From positions 1 to 62,500 of the forward strand of contig DATGPZ010000202.1 in NCBI GenBank assembly GCA_035304485.1: DNA of 62,500 bases, read 5' to 3'. The stretch comes from Acidimicrobiia bacterium. GTDB taxonomy: Bacteria; Actinomycetota; Acidimicrobiia; Spongiisociales; ZC4RG35. The notes under the pieces were generated by a model that saw only the letters and a program-made list of their open reading frames with translations, had not been told where the DNA came from and ran no database searches. The position numbers and the translations under genes are program-made. This document shows, piece by piece, positions 46,032 to 55,171 of this stretch (positions are counted from its first letter, which is position 1; the number at the start of each line of letters is the position of its first letter).

Positions 46032-48833
46032 ATGACCTCCGCCGATCCGATCGGCCCGGAGTCGGTGGACGCACCGTGGTCCCAGGCGCCCGGCCGAGTG
46101 GCCGAACTCCTGTCCACCGACCTCGAATCGGGATTGACTGCCGACCAGGCGCAGGAGCGCCTCGAGAGATTCGGACGAAACGAGCTCACACAAGAGGATC
46201 CACTTCCGGAGTGGCGCAAGTTTCTCGCCCAGTTCTCCGACCCCCTCATCTATCTGCTGCTGGCGGCGGTGGCGGTCTCGCTCGCCGTCTGGGTGCTCGA
46301 GGGATCCGAAGGAATCCCCTTCGAAGCGATCGTGATCGCCGTCATCGTTCTCTTGAACGCGATCCTGGGATACGTGCAGGAGGCTCGGGCCGCCCAAGCG
46401 GTGGCCGCCTTGCAGCGGATGGCAGCGCCCACCGCCACCGTTGTGAGGGATGGCCGCCAGCAGGAGATCGAGACCGCGCTGGTGGTCCCGGGTGACATCC
46501 TGTTGCTCAACGAAGGGGACGCCGTCAGCGCCGACGCCCGGCTGATCGAATCGGCTTCGCTGACCGTCGCCGAGGCCGCACTCACCGGAGAGTCGGAACC
46601 GGTAGCGAAGGTCGTCACCCCAGTCGACGAATCGACCGACTTGGGGGACCGGGCGAGCATGGTCTTCAGCGGCACCGCCGTCACCCGGGGACGCGGAAAG
46701 GCGGTGGTGACGGCCACCGGCATGCGTACCGAGATGGGTCAGATCGCCCGACTGCTCGGACGTACGGAAGAAGACGTGACCCCGCTTCAGGCCGAGGTGT
46801 CCCACGTCGGTCGGGCGCTGGGCATCGCTGTGATCGTGATCACGGCGATCGTGGTAGGCGCCATTCTCCTCACGAGCGAGATCACATCCGCCTCCGATGT
46901 GGTGGACATCTTTCTCGTCGGTGTCTCCCTGGCGGTTGCGGCCGTGCCCGAAGGCCTCCCGGCGATCCTGTCGGTCGTTTTGGCCCTGGGTGTGCAGCGG
47001 ATGGCACGTAGGAACGCCATCGTGAAGCGACTCTCCTCGGTCGAGACTCTCGGCTCCGCCTCGGTCGTGTGCACGGACAAGACCGGCACCCTCACCCGAA
47101 ACGAGATGACGATCGAGACGGTGGTCACCCCGAACCAGGAGGTGGAAGTGACCGGCTCCGGCTACCGGCCGGAGGGCGAGTTCCTGGTCGATGGGAAGCG
47201 GCTCGAAGATCCGGCCCTCATCGAGGAAGTGGCGATGGTGGTGGGCGGAGGGAGCCTGGCCTCCGACGCCTCCATCAGGTTCGAGGACGGCGAGTGGGTG
47301 GCGTTCGGCGACCCGACGGAAGCCGCCTTCCTGGTGGCAGAAGCCAAGCTCGGGGTCGACGCCGACCGGCGCCGCCGGTTCCGCCGCGTCGGCGAGATTC
47401 CCTTCACCTCCGAACGCAAGCTGATGACGACCTTCGAGGCCGACGCCGATCGGGACGGCCGCATCGATGTCGTCAGCAAGGGTGCTCCCGACGTGCTGTT
47501 GGCTCGTTGCGCACTCGAACGCGTCGGCGGCGAGGTCGTCCCCCTGACCGACGAGCGACGTCGCTTCCACCTGACGACGGTGGATCGCTTGGCCGATCGG
47601 GCCCTCCGGACCCTGGCGGTTGCCTATCGCACCCTTCCCGACACCGAGCCTCCGGGCGACGAGGAGGGTGTCGAAGAGGGATTGGTGTATGTCGGGATGG
47701 TCGGGATCATCGACCCGCCACGCGACGAGGCGCGAGACGCCATCCGCGAGGCGACCGCCGCCGGGGTTCGGGTGATCATGATCACCGGCGATCACCCCCG
47801 CACTGCGGCGCGTATCGCCTCCGATCTCGGGATCGGGAGCGGTGAGTCTCCCTTGACCGGGGCGGAAATCGAGGCCATGGACGACGACCAGCTACGCGAA
47901 GCGGTGAGAGAGGTGTCGGTCTTCGCTCGGGTGGCACCGGTCCACAAGCTGAGGATCGTCGATGCCCTCCAGGACCTCGATCAGATCGTGGCGATGACCG
48001 GCGACGGCGTCAACGACGCCCCTGCCCTCAAGTCCGCTGACATCGGCGTGGCGATGGGGATCACCGGCACCGACGTCAGCAAGGAGGCGGCCGACATGAT
48101 CCTCACGGACGACAACTTCGCCACGATCATCAGCGCCATCCGCGAGGGGAGGGGGATCTTCGCCAACATCCGCAAGTTCTTGCGGTTCCTCCTGTCGTCC
48201 AACATCGGCGAGGTGATGACGATGTTCTTTGGGGTCGTCCTGGCGGGGGTGATCGGGCTCGAAGACGCGGGTGGCGCAGTCGCGGTCCCGCTTCTGGCGA
48301 CCCAGATCCTCTGGATCAACCTCCTCACCGACACCGGTCCTGCCCTGGCGATGGGAGTCGATCCGCCTCCTCCCGACGTCATGCGTCGACCACCTCGCAG
48401 GCTCGCCGACCGGATCATCGATCGGCGGATGTGGAGCGGGATCGTCTTCGTGGGTTTCGTGATGGCGGCAGTGAGCCTGGTCGCCCTCGACCTGCGTCTG
48501 CCCGGCGGCCTGTTCGAGGGTCGAGAGAGCGTCGAGCACGCCCGGACCATGGCTTTCACCACCCTGGTGTTCGCCCAGTTGTTCAACACGTTCAACTCAC
48601 GCTCGGACCGGGACAGCGCCTTCGATCACCTCTTCACCAACCCGCTGCTCTGGGGGGCGATCGGTCTCTCGATCGTCCTCCAGGTGGCAGTGGTCCAACT
48701 GCAGTTCCTGAATGAGCCGTTCGGAACCACCCCGCTACCGCTCCTCGACTGGGCGGTGTGTGTCGCTCTGGCCAGCGTCGTCCTGTGGGCGGACGAGCTG
48801 AAGAAGCTGGTCACCCGCGCCTCGTCGGGATAA
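46032..48833 (+). CDS. Cation-transporting P-type ATPase (type II, Ca2+-ATPase-like)
   Basis: TGES, phosphorylation site CTDKTGTLT, MITGDHP, MTGDGVNDAPALK and PEGLP in TM4. Confidence 0.9.
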   Translation: MTSADPIGPESVDAPWSQAPGRVAELLSTDLESGLTADQAQERLERFGRNELTQEDPLPEWRKFLAQFSDPLIYLLLAAVAVSLAVWVLEGSEGIPFEAIVIAVIVLLNAILGYVQEARAAQAVAALQRMAAPTATVVRDGRQQEIETALVVPGDILLLNEGDAVSADARLIESASLTVAEAALTGESEPVAKVVTPVDESTDLGDRASMVFSGTAVTRGRGKAVVTATGMRTEMGQIARLLGRTEEDVTPLQAEVSHVGRALGIAVIVITAIVVGAILLTSEITSASDVVDIFLVGVSLAVAAVPEGLPAILSVVLALGVQRMARRNAIVKRLSSVETLGSASVVCTDKTGTLTRNEMTIETVVTPNQEVEVTGSGYRPEGEFLVDGKRLEDPALIEEVAMVVGGGSLASDASIRFEDGEWVAFGDPTEAAFLVAEAKLGVDADRRRRFRRVGEIPFTSERKLMTTFEADADRDGRIDVVSKGAPDVLLARCALERVGGEVVPLTDERRRFHLTTVDRLADRALRTLAVAYRTLPDTEPPGDEEGVEEGLVYVGMVGIIDPPRDEARDAIREATAAGVRVIMITGDHPRTAARIASDLGIGSGESPLTGAEIEAMDDDQLREAVREVSVFARVAPVHKLRIVDALQDLDQIVAMTGDGVNDAPALKSADIGVAMGITGTDVSKEAADMILTDDNFATIISAIREGRGIFANIRKFLRFLLSSNIGEVMTMFFGVVLAGVIGLEDAGGAVAVPLLATQILWINLLTDTGPALAMGVDPPPPDVMRRPPRRLADRIIDRRMWSGIVFVGFVMAAVSLVALDLRLPGGLFEGRESVEHARTMAFTTLVFAQLFNTFNSRSDRDSAFDHLFTNPLLWGAIGLSIVLQVAVVQLQFLNEPFGTTPLPLLDWAVCVALASVVLWADELKKLVTRASSG

Positions 48834-48871
48834 CGAGGTTCCACCTCCAGGACAGCGGGTAGACGGGCGCC

Positions 48872-49267
48872 ATGGATACTCAGGAAGCTCGCGCAAAGCT
48901 GGAAGCGGAAAGGGACCGACTGGTGGCCCTACGGGACCGCCAGGAGGCTTCGGCCGGTCTGGACGACACCCTGGCGGAAGCCACCGGCACCCTCTCCAAC
49001 GTGGACCAACACCCTGGTGACGTCGGCAGCGAGACCTTCGAGCGCACCAAGGAGCTGGCGGTCGAGGACCAAATCGATGAGCGCCTGGCCGATGTCGACG
49101 ACGCTCTGGCCCGAATCGAGCGCGGCGAATTCGGTCGTTGCGAAGTATGCCGCCGGGAGATCGACGCCGAGCGGCTCCAGGCCCGCCCCGACGCCCGGTA
49201 CTGCAAGGAACATCAGCAGGAGGCCGACGACGCGGCGTCGAACGAGCGCGACTTGGGCGAGCGCTAG
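48872..49267 (+). CDS. DksA/TraR family C4-type zinc-finger protein
   Basis: Coiled-coil N-terminus and the zinc finger GRCEVCRREID...ARYCKEH. Confidence 0.75.
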   Translation: MDTQEARAKLEAERDRLVALRDRQEASAGLDDTLAEATGTLSNVDQHPGDVGSETFERTKELAVEDQIDERLADVDDALARIERGEFGRCEVCRREIDAERLQARPDARYCKEHQQEADDAASNERDLGER

Positions 49268-50481
49268 GGGCTCCAGGCGGTCCGCCATACCCGCCACAGG
49301 GAAGCAGGATCGCTGAAGGGGTCTCCGTGGACGAGGAAGAAGTCGGCCGGCCCTCCCTCGGCGATGACGCCCGCCTCGGCCACGCCCAACAACTCGCCCC
49401 CTCGCCAGGTCGCCGCGGCCATGGCTTCGGATGGTTCGATGCCGGCGTGAACGAGACTCTCCACCTCCCACGCCAACTGGTTGGCCCGCAAGGAGCCTCC
49501 CCCGAAGTCGCTGCCGGTGGCCAATGCCACTCCTGCCCGGTGGGCGATCCGGACCGATTCCTCGGCCTGACGAATTCTGGCTTCGATCGTGGCGCGTCCC
49601 CCCTCCGCAGTGAATCGCTCGTGGTTGGTCGTGTCAGCGAAAGACAGCCACGACCGCATTACGGCCAGCGTCGTCACGAGGAATGTGCCGCCGTCGGCCA
49701 TCGTCCGGGCTAGGTCTTCGTCCAGTTCAAACCCGTGCTCTATCGAGTCGACTCCGGCGAGGACCGCGGCCCGTGCACCAGCCAGCCGGCTGGAATGCGC
49801 TGCCACCGTGCCTCCGTTGGCGTGGGCCGCCTCGACCACCTTTCGCACCTCGTGCTCGGTCCAAGGCGACGTGTCAGGGTCAGGCCCATCCATGTACAGC
49901 TTGATGAGGTCGGCCCCATCTGCGAGCTGAGCCAGGGCCGCCTCCAACAGCTCGTCTCCATCGGCCGCCGTCACCGTCTCGGGTATCGGCTGTGAGCCTT
50001 CCTTGAAGATCCAGGATCCGGCCGCCCGGATGTGTGGTCGGTCGAAGCGACCTTCCCACCGATCGCGAACAGTCAGCGCCAGAGCCCGCTCTCGCCCGTC
50101 CTCGGGATCAAGTCCGATCGGCGAACCGACGTCGCGCATCCACCGGACGCCGGCATCCAAGGCGATCTTTCCGTTGTGCTCGGCCACCGCCAGTAGATCG
50201 GAAGGAGGGTCGCTGAAGCGTCGAATCCAGTTGGCCCCACCAGGCCCGGTCACGTGGCTGTGGCAATCCACGAGGCCCGGAACGAATGTGGCACCGTCGC
50301 AATCCACGATGCGAGCAGTCTCGGGAGGGAGGCGTTCCCCACTCGGTGCGATCCAGGCGATGACGTCGCCTATCACCAGGATGTCCGTGCCGAGCCTCAG
50401 GAGCCCAGCGCGCGTGTCCGCCAAGGCTCCGTTGCTGTACAGGACTGGGTGGTTGCGGGCGCTCTCCGCCATCTTGGTCAT
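49264..50481 (-). CDS. Amidohydrolase family protein (imidazolonepropionase/prolidase-like)
   Basis: GLVDCHSHV metal-binding HxH motif, AAHS, IEHG and a C-terminal ADFFLV segment. The start is approximate. Confidence 0.8.
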   Translation of the reverse strand: MTKMAESARNHPVLYSNGALADTRAGLLRLGTDILVIGDVIAWIAPSGERLPPETARIVDCDGATFVPGLVDCHSHVTGPGGANWIRRFSDPPSDLLAVAEHNGKIALDAGVRWMRDVGSPIGLDPEDGRERALALTVRDRWEGRFDRPHIRAAGSWIFKEGSQPIPETVTAADGDELLEAALAQLADGADLIKLYMDGPDPDTSPWTEHEVRKVVEAAHANGGTVAAHSSRLAGARAAVLAGVDSIEHGFELDEDLARTMADGGTFLVTTLAVMRSWLSFADTTNHERFTAEGGRATIEARIRQAEESVRIAHRAGVALATGSDFGGGSLRANQLAWEVESLVHAGIEPSEAMAAATWRGGELLGVAEAGVIAEGGPADFFLVHGDPFSDPASLWRVWRTAWSP

Positions 50482-50586
50482 GGTCTCGATTCTGGCACCC
50501 GGCGCGAGAGCCCGAATGACTAGTCCACGGGAGGGTGTTCGGGATGGGCCTCCAGCCCGAAGGCGCTCGGGGCCGATGGTCACCAC

Positions 50587-51555
50587 ATGGACCGACTGTC
50601 ACGTCTGGAAGGCCCCGCGCCCGGCATCGCTGCGGTGGTGGCGAGCGGAATCGGCTCTGCGGTGGTCTTCGTGGTGATTGGGCCCTTCCTCCCAATGCAT
50701 CGCGCCGACGTCGAGGTGGTGGTCTTTCTCGTCACGTTCGGAGTGATCCTCACCATCGCCCTGGCCTATAGCTGGGGCATCGATCACGTGTGGCGGCGGA
50801 CCCACCGGGAGGCGGAGCGGGCCGTGGCCGGCTACAAGAGTGAATTCGCCGCCCGGCTGAGCCACGAGCTGCGTACCTCCCTCACTGGCATCGTCGGGTA
50901 CGCGCAGCTCGTCGATCCCGCCGAGTCGGGTGATGACAATGCGGAGGCGCTGAGGACGGTGATCCAGCAATCGGTCCAGCTGAGCCGCGTGGTCGACGAT
51001 CTGACCGTATCCGGTCGGATCGAGGCAGATGAGCTCCGTCTGCAGACCATGGAGGTCGAGATGCTGGCGACGGTCCAGGCGACCGTGGACTTCTCCTCGC
51101 TGGGAGGTGACCCCGTGTTCGTCGACTGTGACGACGCCGTCGTCCTCGCTGATCCCGAGGCGCTGCGTCACGTCCTGCGGAACTTGATCGGAAATGCTCT
51201 ACGGCACGGTCTCCCACCCGTCGAGATCCGGGGTCGACAGTTCGGTGAACGTTATCTCTGCCAGGTCGTGGACCATGGGCCGGGCCTGGGTGAGGGCGTG
51301 GACCCATTGGCGAAGGGGGACGACATCTGCCTGGGCCTGTACGTGGCCCGGCGGCTCGCAGAAGCGATGGGCGGTGAACTGACCCATCGACGTGTGCGAG
51401 GCGAGACGCATTTCATCCTGATGGTTCCCATGGCGGAGGCCCGTCCCGACCCTGGCTCGTCCCTCCGTCACCTCAGATCAGCCATAGCCCGACTCGACAA
51501 GGAGGACCGCCGGCATGTTCAAGCGACGCGCGGAGCGGCGTCAGCAGCACTGTGA
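50587..51555 (+). CDS. Membrane-anchored sensor histidine kinase
   Basis: Two N-terminal TM helices, H-box FAARLSHELRTSLTGIVGY, N-box LRNLIGNALRHG and a G-box region. No adjacent response regulator. Confidence 0.8.
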   Translation: MDRLSRLEGPAPGIAAVVASGIGSAVVFVVIGPFLPMHRADVEVVVFLVTFGVILTIALAYSWGIDHVWRRTHREAERAVAGYKSEFAARLSHELRTSLTGIVGYAQLVDPAESGDDNAEALRTVIQQSVQLSRVVDDLTVSGRIEADELRLQTMEVEMLATVQATVDFSSLGGDPVFVDCDDAVVLADPEALRHVLRNLIGNALRHGLPPVEIRGRQFGERYLCQVVDHGPGLGEGVDPLAKGDDICLGLYVARRLAEAMGGELTHRRVRGETHFILMVPMAEARPDPGSSLRHLRSAIARLDKEDRRHVQATRGAASAAL

Positions 51556-51688
51556 GCATCCCAACGCCAACCGGACGACCAACTTCGGTCTGGAACGGGT
51601 GACCTGTCCGGACTGCGGCTGGATCGAGGTCAGGAACCTGCCCGAGGAGGTGGTCGTGTCCGAGAAGCTGGGGGTCGCGGCTCGTTGA
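51515..51688 (+). CDS. Small hypothetical zinc-ribbon-like protein (57 aa), below the ORF-track cut-off
   Basis: Hand translation gives MFKRRAERRQQHCEHPNANRTTNFGLERVTCPDCGWIEVRNLPEEVVVSEKLGVAAR. GGAGG lies 9 nt upstream, third positions are G/C-rich, and a strong hairpin follows. Confidence 0.4.
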   Translation: MFKRRAERRQQHCEHPNANRTTNFGLERVTCPDCGWIEVRNLPEEVVVSEKLGVAAR

Positions 51689-51720
51689 CATGCCCGATTC
51701 GAGGTGGTCGGTAGGAACAC

Positions 51721-51757
51721 AGAGAGGGCCGGACCCTTTGGGGGTCCGGCCCTCTCT
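51721..51757. terminator. Strong GC-rich hairpin (16-bp stem) between convergent genes, likely bidirectional terminator
   Basis: AGAGAGGGCCGGACCC-tttgg-GGGTCCGGCCCTCTCT forms a perfect inverted repeat. It lies between the small ORF or kinase (+) and the membrane gene (-). Confidence 0.6.
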
Positions 51758-51777
51758 CGTCGGTCGCCGTGTCGTCT

Positions 51778-52314
51778 TCAGAGAAGCACGGCCTTGTTGC
51801 GGATGCGGAGGAAGACGAAGCCGATGAAGACCAGCGTCAGTCCGATCGCAACTGCCATCGCCGACAGGGCATAGGACAGGATTCCCACGCTCAGGGCGGT
51901 GGTGAGGGTGGTGGCATCGAGCCAGGAGGCCCGGGCCTCGTTGGGGACCATCACCTGCTCGCCGGATTCGTCGAGGACCGGTTGACCGTTCTCGTCGACG
52001 GCGGGGACCATCCGTTCCATCTCGGAGTAGTAGAGGCCGCCGGTCCGGTCCAGCTGATGGTGGGTGATGATGTCGGCCTGCGCCCACATCGTGAACGGGC
52101 CCCGGACGGCCGTTTCAGGGATGGCCGCATCTTCGGGAGTGACGATCTTCTGGGCTGCCGCCTGATCCCAGGTGTACCAGGCTCCGAAGACACCGCCGGC
52201 AATGGCACCGAACCCGACGGTGAGCGCCAGGACGGCGGCGGTGAGGAGCAGCCAGCTCTTCTTGAGTGTGGTCGCCTGTTCTGGGGCGACTCGGTCGGTG
52301 ACGATGGCAGTCAT
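51778..52314 (-). CDS. Hypothetical bitopic membrane protein (N- and C-terminal TM helices, extracytoplasmic middle)
   Basis: MTAIVTDRV...WLLLTAAVLALTVGFGAIAGGVFGAW ... ILSYALSAMAVAIGLTLVFIGFVFL. A GAAAGGAAGG RBS lies 6 nt before the ATG at 52314. Confidence 0.6.
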   Translation of the reverse strand: MTAIVTDRVAPEQATTLKKSWLLLTAAVLALTVGFGAIAGGVFGAWYTWDQAAAQKIVTPEDAAIPETAVRGPFTMWAQADIITHHQLDRTGGLYYSEMERMVPAVDENGQPVLDESGEQVMVPNEARASWLDATTLTTALSVGILSYALSAMAVAIGLTLVFIGFVFLRIRNKAVLL

Positions 52315-52428
52315 CGGTAGCCTTCCTTTCTCGTTTGGCAAACTGCCGATGCCGTGATCATCGGTGAAGGCACCCTGTGTCGCCGAGAGTCCAAGGTCCC
52401 TCCGGGAGTCGGAGAAGTCCCCTTCCCT

Positions 52429-53610
52429 CTAGGGACCAATGTCCCCGGCCGAGGAGGACCGCAAGCGGACGATCCGCACGGCGAAGTCTCCGACCCAGAT
52501 CGCCGCCAGGACGATGGCCACCTCGGTGAGGCCGGTGGGGAGAGCGGCTCCCGCCAGATTGGCGCAGACCAATGGCAACCACGGCCGGTGGGTCATTCGC
52601 TGAGAGTTCTCGGACAGAGGCGGACCGGCGAGTACCGGCAGGAGGTAACCGAGAGAGCCCGCGAGAACCTGTCCGATGCCGGCCAATACCACCGCTCCGG
52701 TCCACGGGGCGAAGTGCATCGCCGCACCGCCGACGAGGAGGGACACACCGTCCACGGCGGCCCAGGCGATCAGCCACAGGGTGCCCGCCGTGATCTGGAG
52801 GAAGGGCGAGCGGTTGCGCCCTTTCGCCCAGAGTCGGAGGACGATTCCTCCCAGGACGAGCGACGCGCCGGCTCCCACGAGCAGTGTGCCCGCTCCTACG
52901 AGCCAGTGCTGCCCTGTCAGAGCGCCGGCCATCGTCAGCACGCCGAGGGAGGATGCCCACCAGGCGACGCTCGCTTCTCTGCCCGAGACGGCTCGGTGGT
53001 GGGCCACGGTGGGCAGGAACGTGGGGAGCGTCCCGACGATGGTGAGCCCGACGAACCCTGCCAGGTTCAGATGCGCATGCACCAGCCGGATCGTGGGGTA
53101 GGCGTCTCCGGCCCGGCCACTGCCGAGGACCATCCCCAGGGCCACCCCCACCATGGCGGTGGCGAAGGCGGTGAGGTAGAAGCGGGAAGAGAGGTCGAAC
53201 CTCCGCAGCAACGAGGCTCGGACCGCGGAGGCGATCGACCACCCGAGCAACCCCAGGGAGGCGACGACGAGGGAGCCTGCCAGCCACACCAGCCACTCGA
53301 TCCCGGAGGCTACGCCCAGGAGGATCCCGGCCACGCCGACAGCTGCCGTCCACCGCTGCAGCGAGGTCGTTCTGCCCGGGGGTGCCGGGGCGGCTGCCCA
53401 GGTGATCGTGAACATCTGGCTGGCGCCCGAGATGGCCAGGAAGACGGATCCGGCCAGGAACGAGTGGAGAGGACCCCACCAGGAACCACCGCGTACCAGA
53501 ACGGCGATGGCCCAGCCTGCGGCGACCGCCCCGAACACCCCCGCCAGCCGAAAGGCCGCCCGCGCCAGTGTGTGTGATTCGACCACGCGGCGATTGCGGT
53601 CGGGTCTCAT
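52429..53610 (-). CDS. Polytopic membrane protein with conserved His motif (IRLVHAHLNLAGFVG), family uncertain
   Basis: 393 aa from MRPDRNRR with ~10-12 TM segments. ATGA overlap with the upstream CopD-like gene. Confidence 0.55.
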   Translation of the reverse strand: MRPDRNRRVVESHTLARAAFRLAGVFGAVAAGWAIAVLVRGGSWWGPLHSFLAGSVFLAISGASQMFTITWAAAPAPPGRTTSLQRWTAAVGVAGILLGVASGIEWLVWLAGSLVVASLGLLGWSIASAVRASLLRRFDLSSRFYLTAFATAMVGVALGMVLGSGRAGDAYPTIRLVHAHLNLAGFVGLTIVGTLPTFLPTVAHHRAVSGREASVAWWASSLGVLTMAGALTGQHWLVGAGTLLVGAGASLVLGGIVLRLWAKGRNRSPFLQITAGTLWLIAWAAVDGVSLLVGGAAMHFAPWTGAVVLAGIGQVLAGSLGYLLPVLAGPPLSENSQRMTHRPWLPLVCANLAGAALPTGLTEVAIVLAAIWVGDFAVRIVRLRSSSAGDIGP

Positions 53611-54059
53611 GGCACGAGGGTGACGGCCAGGGCCACCACCGCCAGAGACACGATGCTCCCGATCATCCCCACCCAGCGGACTGCACGGGCCGAGGATCGG
53701 ACGGCTGACATGCCATGCACGGCTGCCAGGGCAAAGCTGACCAGGGCCAACCCGATCTTGACTCCCAGGGTCGTGCCGTAGCCACCGACCGTGAAGCCGG
53801 CGAGTGTGACGCCCCGGTGGTAGGTGAGTGCGAGCCCACTCGCCAGGAGGACCGGGACCAGGCCCACCGCCGCCAGACGGCCGAACCTCGAGCCGAGCGC
53901 CGACACGAGCCGGCGGCGATCGTCGTCGCTCATCAGCCGCGAGGTCACCGGACGGACCACCAGACTCAGGGTCAGCTGACCGCCGACCCAGAGGACGGCC
54001 GCGCCCACGTGGAGGAAACGTATCAGGCTCCAGATGTCGTATCTCAAGCTGGTCTCCAT
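53607..54059 (-). CDS. CopD-like 4-TM membrane protein
   Basis: 150 aa. IRFLHVGAAVLWVGGQL is the hallmark first helix of CopD-domain proteins. Confidence 0.5.
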   Translation of the reverse strand: METSLRYDIWSLIRFLHVGAAVLWVGGQLTLSLVVRPVTSRLMSDDDRRRLVSALGSRFGRLAAVGLVPVLLASGLALTYHRGVTLAGFTVGGYGTTLGVKIGLALVSFALAAVHGMSAVRSSARAVRWVGMIGSIVSLAVVALAVTLVP

Positions 54060-55096
54060 ACCGGGCGGACCCACCCCAGGGCCGCCACCCACACGACGAC
54101 GGCTCCCACTGCAGCCAGGATCGGGCCTGTCCGGCCGCCGGTGAGCCAGGGAAGGGCCACTCCGGCCAGCATGATGGCGACACCGGCCTGGTGGGCGAGG
54201 AGAGGCAACTCGATAGGGCGGCCCTCGGCGAGCCCCCACACCAGGACGGTCGAGACGTAGCCCAGCAGCAGGGCATGCAGGTAGATCACCACGCCGGCCC
54301 GCCCGGTTGTGGAATGGATGGCGCTGCCGCCGATCCCTACCGCCACCAATCCCGCCGCGGCCACGACGAGCCATGCCACCGCAGCCCTGAGCGCCGAACG
54401 GTGGCGCTGCCAGACCGCCCGGGCCAGGGCGGCCACCCCGACGAACGTGACGAACGCGGCCACCCTCGAGATCGGTCCCAAGCCGGTGAACTCAGGTCCA
54501 CCGGCCACGCCGAGTGGGAAGAGCAACCAGGCCGAGCCCCCGATCGACCAGGTGACCAAGCGAGTCGTGCGACCGTCGAGTGCCTCTCGCCGAGCCAGAA
54601 CGCCGAGCGTCCCCAGCACCAACGACCAGGCGAAGGTGGAGAGGAAGGCATGGACGGCGAGCGAGCGGGCGAGTTGAGTTCCCGAGTCGGTGGCCTGCAG
54701 GAATCCGAGGACGAGCACGCCGAACGACGCCACGATGACGTAGGCCAGCGACCAGCGGAACACCGGTCGTGTCCCTCTCCAGACGGTGAAGGTGGCTCCG
54801 TACCAGACTGCCATCACCGCCGCCGAGGCAGCGATCGAAACCGGCCCATACCCCTGAGCGAGGAAGGCGGCCGTCATCGGCACCAGGAGACCCGCTCCCC
54901 AGATCAACCAGCGACGCCCGGTTCCGGCCGCCACCAGGACTGCCAGACCCGCCCAACCGAAATACAGAGCGTGGGAATGGGCGTGCAATAGATGATCGAA
55001 CGGAACACCCGTCGGAATGCCGGCCAGTCCGAGCCGCAGCCACACACCGAATCCGGTTGCGACCAGGAACACGAGCGGAATGATCCGCTTCATCAC
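54044..55096 (-). CDS. Polytopic membrane protein, tentatively NnrS-like (His motif HLLHAHSHALYFGW)
   Basis: 350 aa with ~10 TM segments. The histidine-rich helix resembles, from memory, the HAHxxxFG motif of NnrS. It lies next to nirK, as nnrS often does. Confidence 0.45.
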   Translation of the reverse strand: MMKRIIPLVFLVATGFGVWLRLGLAGIPTGVPFDHLLHAHSHALYFGWAGLAVLVAAGTGRRWLIWGAGLLVPMTAAFLAQGYGPVSIAASAAVMAVWYGATFTVWRGTRPVFRWSLAYVIVASFGVLVLGFLQATDSGTQLARSLAVHAFLSTFAWSLVLGTLGVLARREALDGRTTRLVTWSIGGSAWLLFPLGVAGGPEFTGLGPISRVAAFVTFVGVAALARAVWQRHRSALRAAVAWLVVAAAGLVAVGIGGSAIHSTTGRAGVVIYLHALLLGYVSTVLVWGLAEGRPIELPLLAHQAGVAIMLAGVALPWLTGGRTGPILAAVGAVVVWVAALGWVRPVWRPA

Positions 55097-55171
55097 CCGC
55101 TTTTATAGTTCTTCCGAACTTCACCGTGAAAATCTGAGCCTGTCAACGGTCCTACATCTAGGCTCGGGAAC

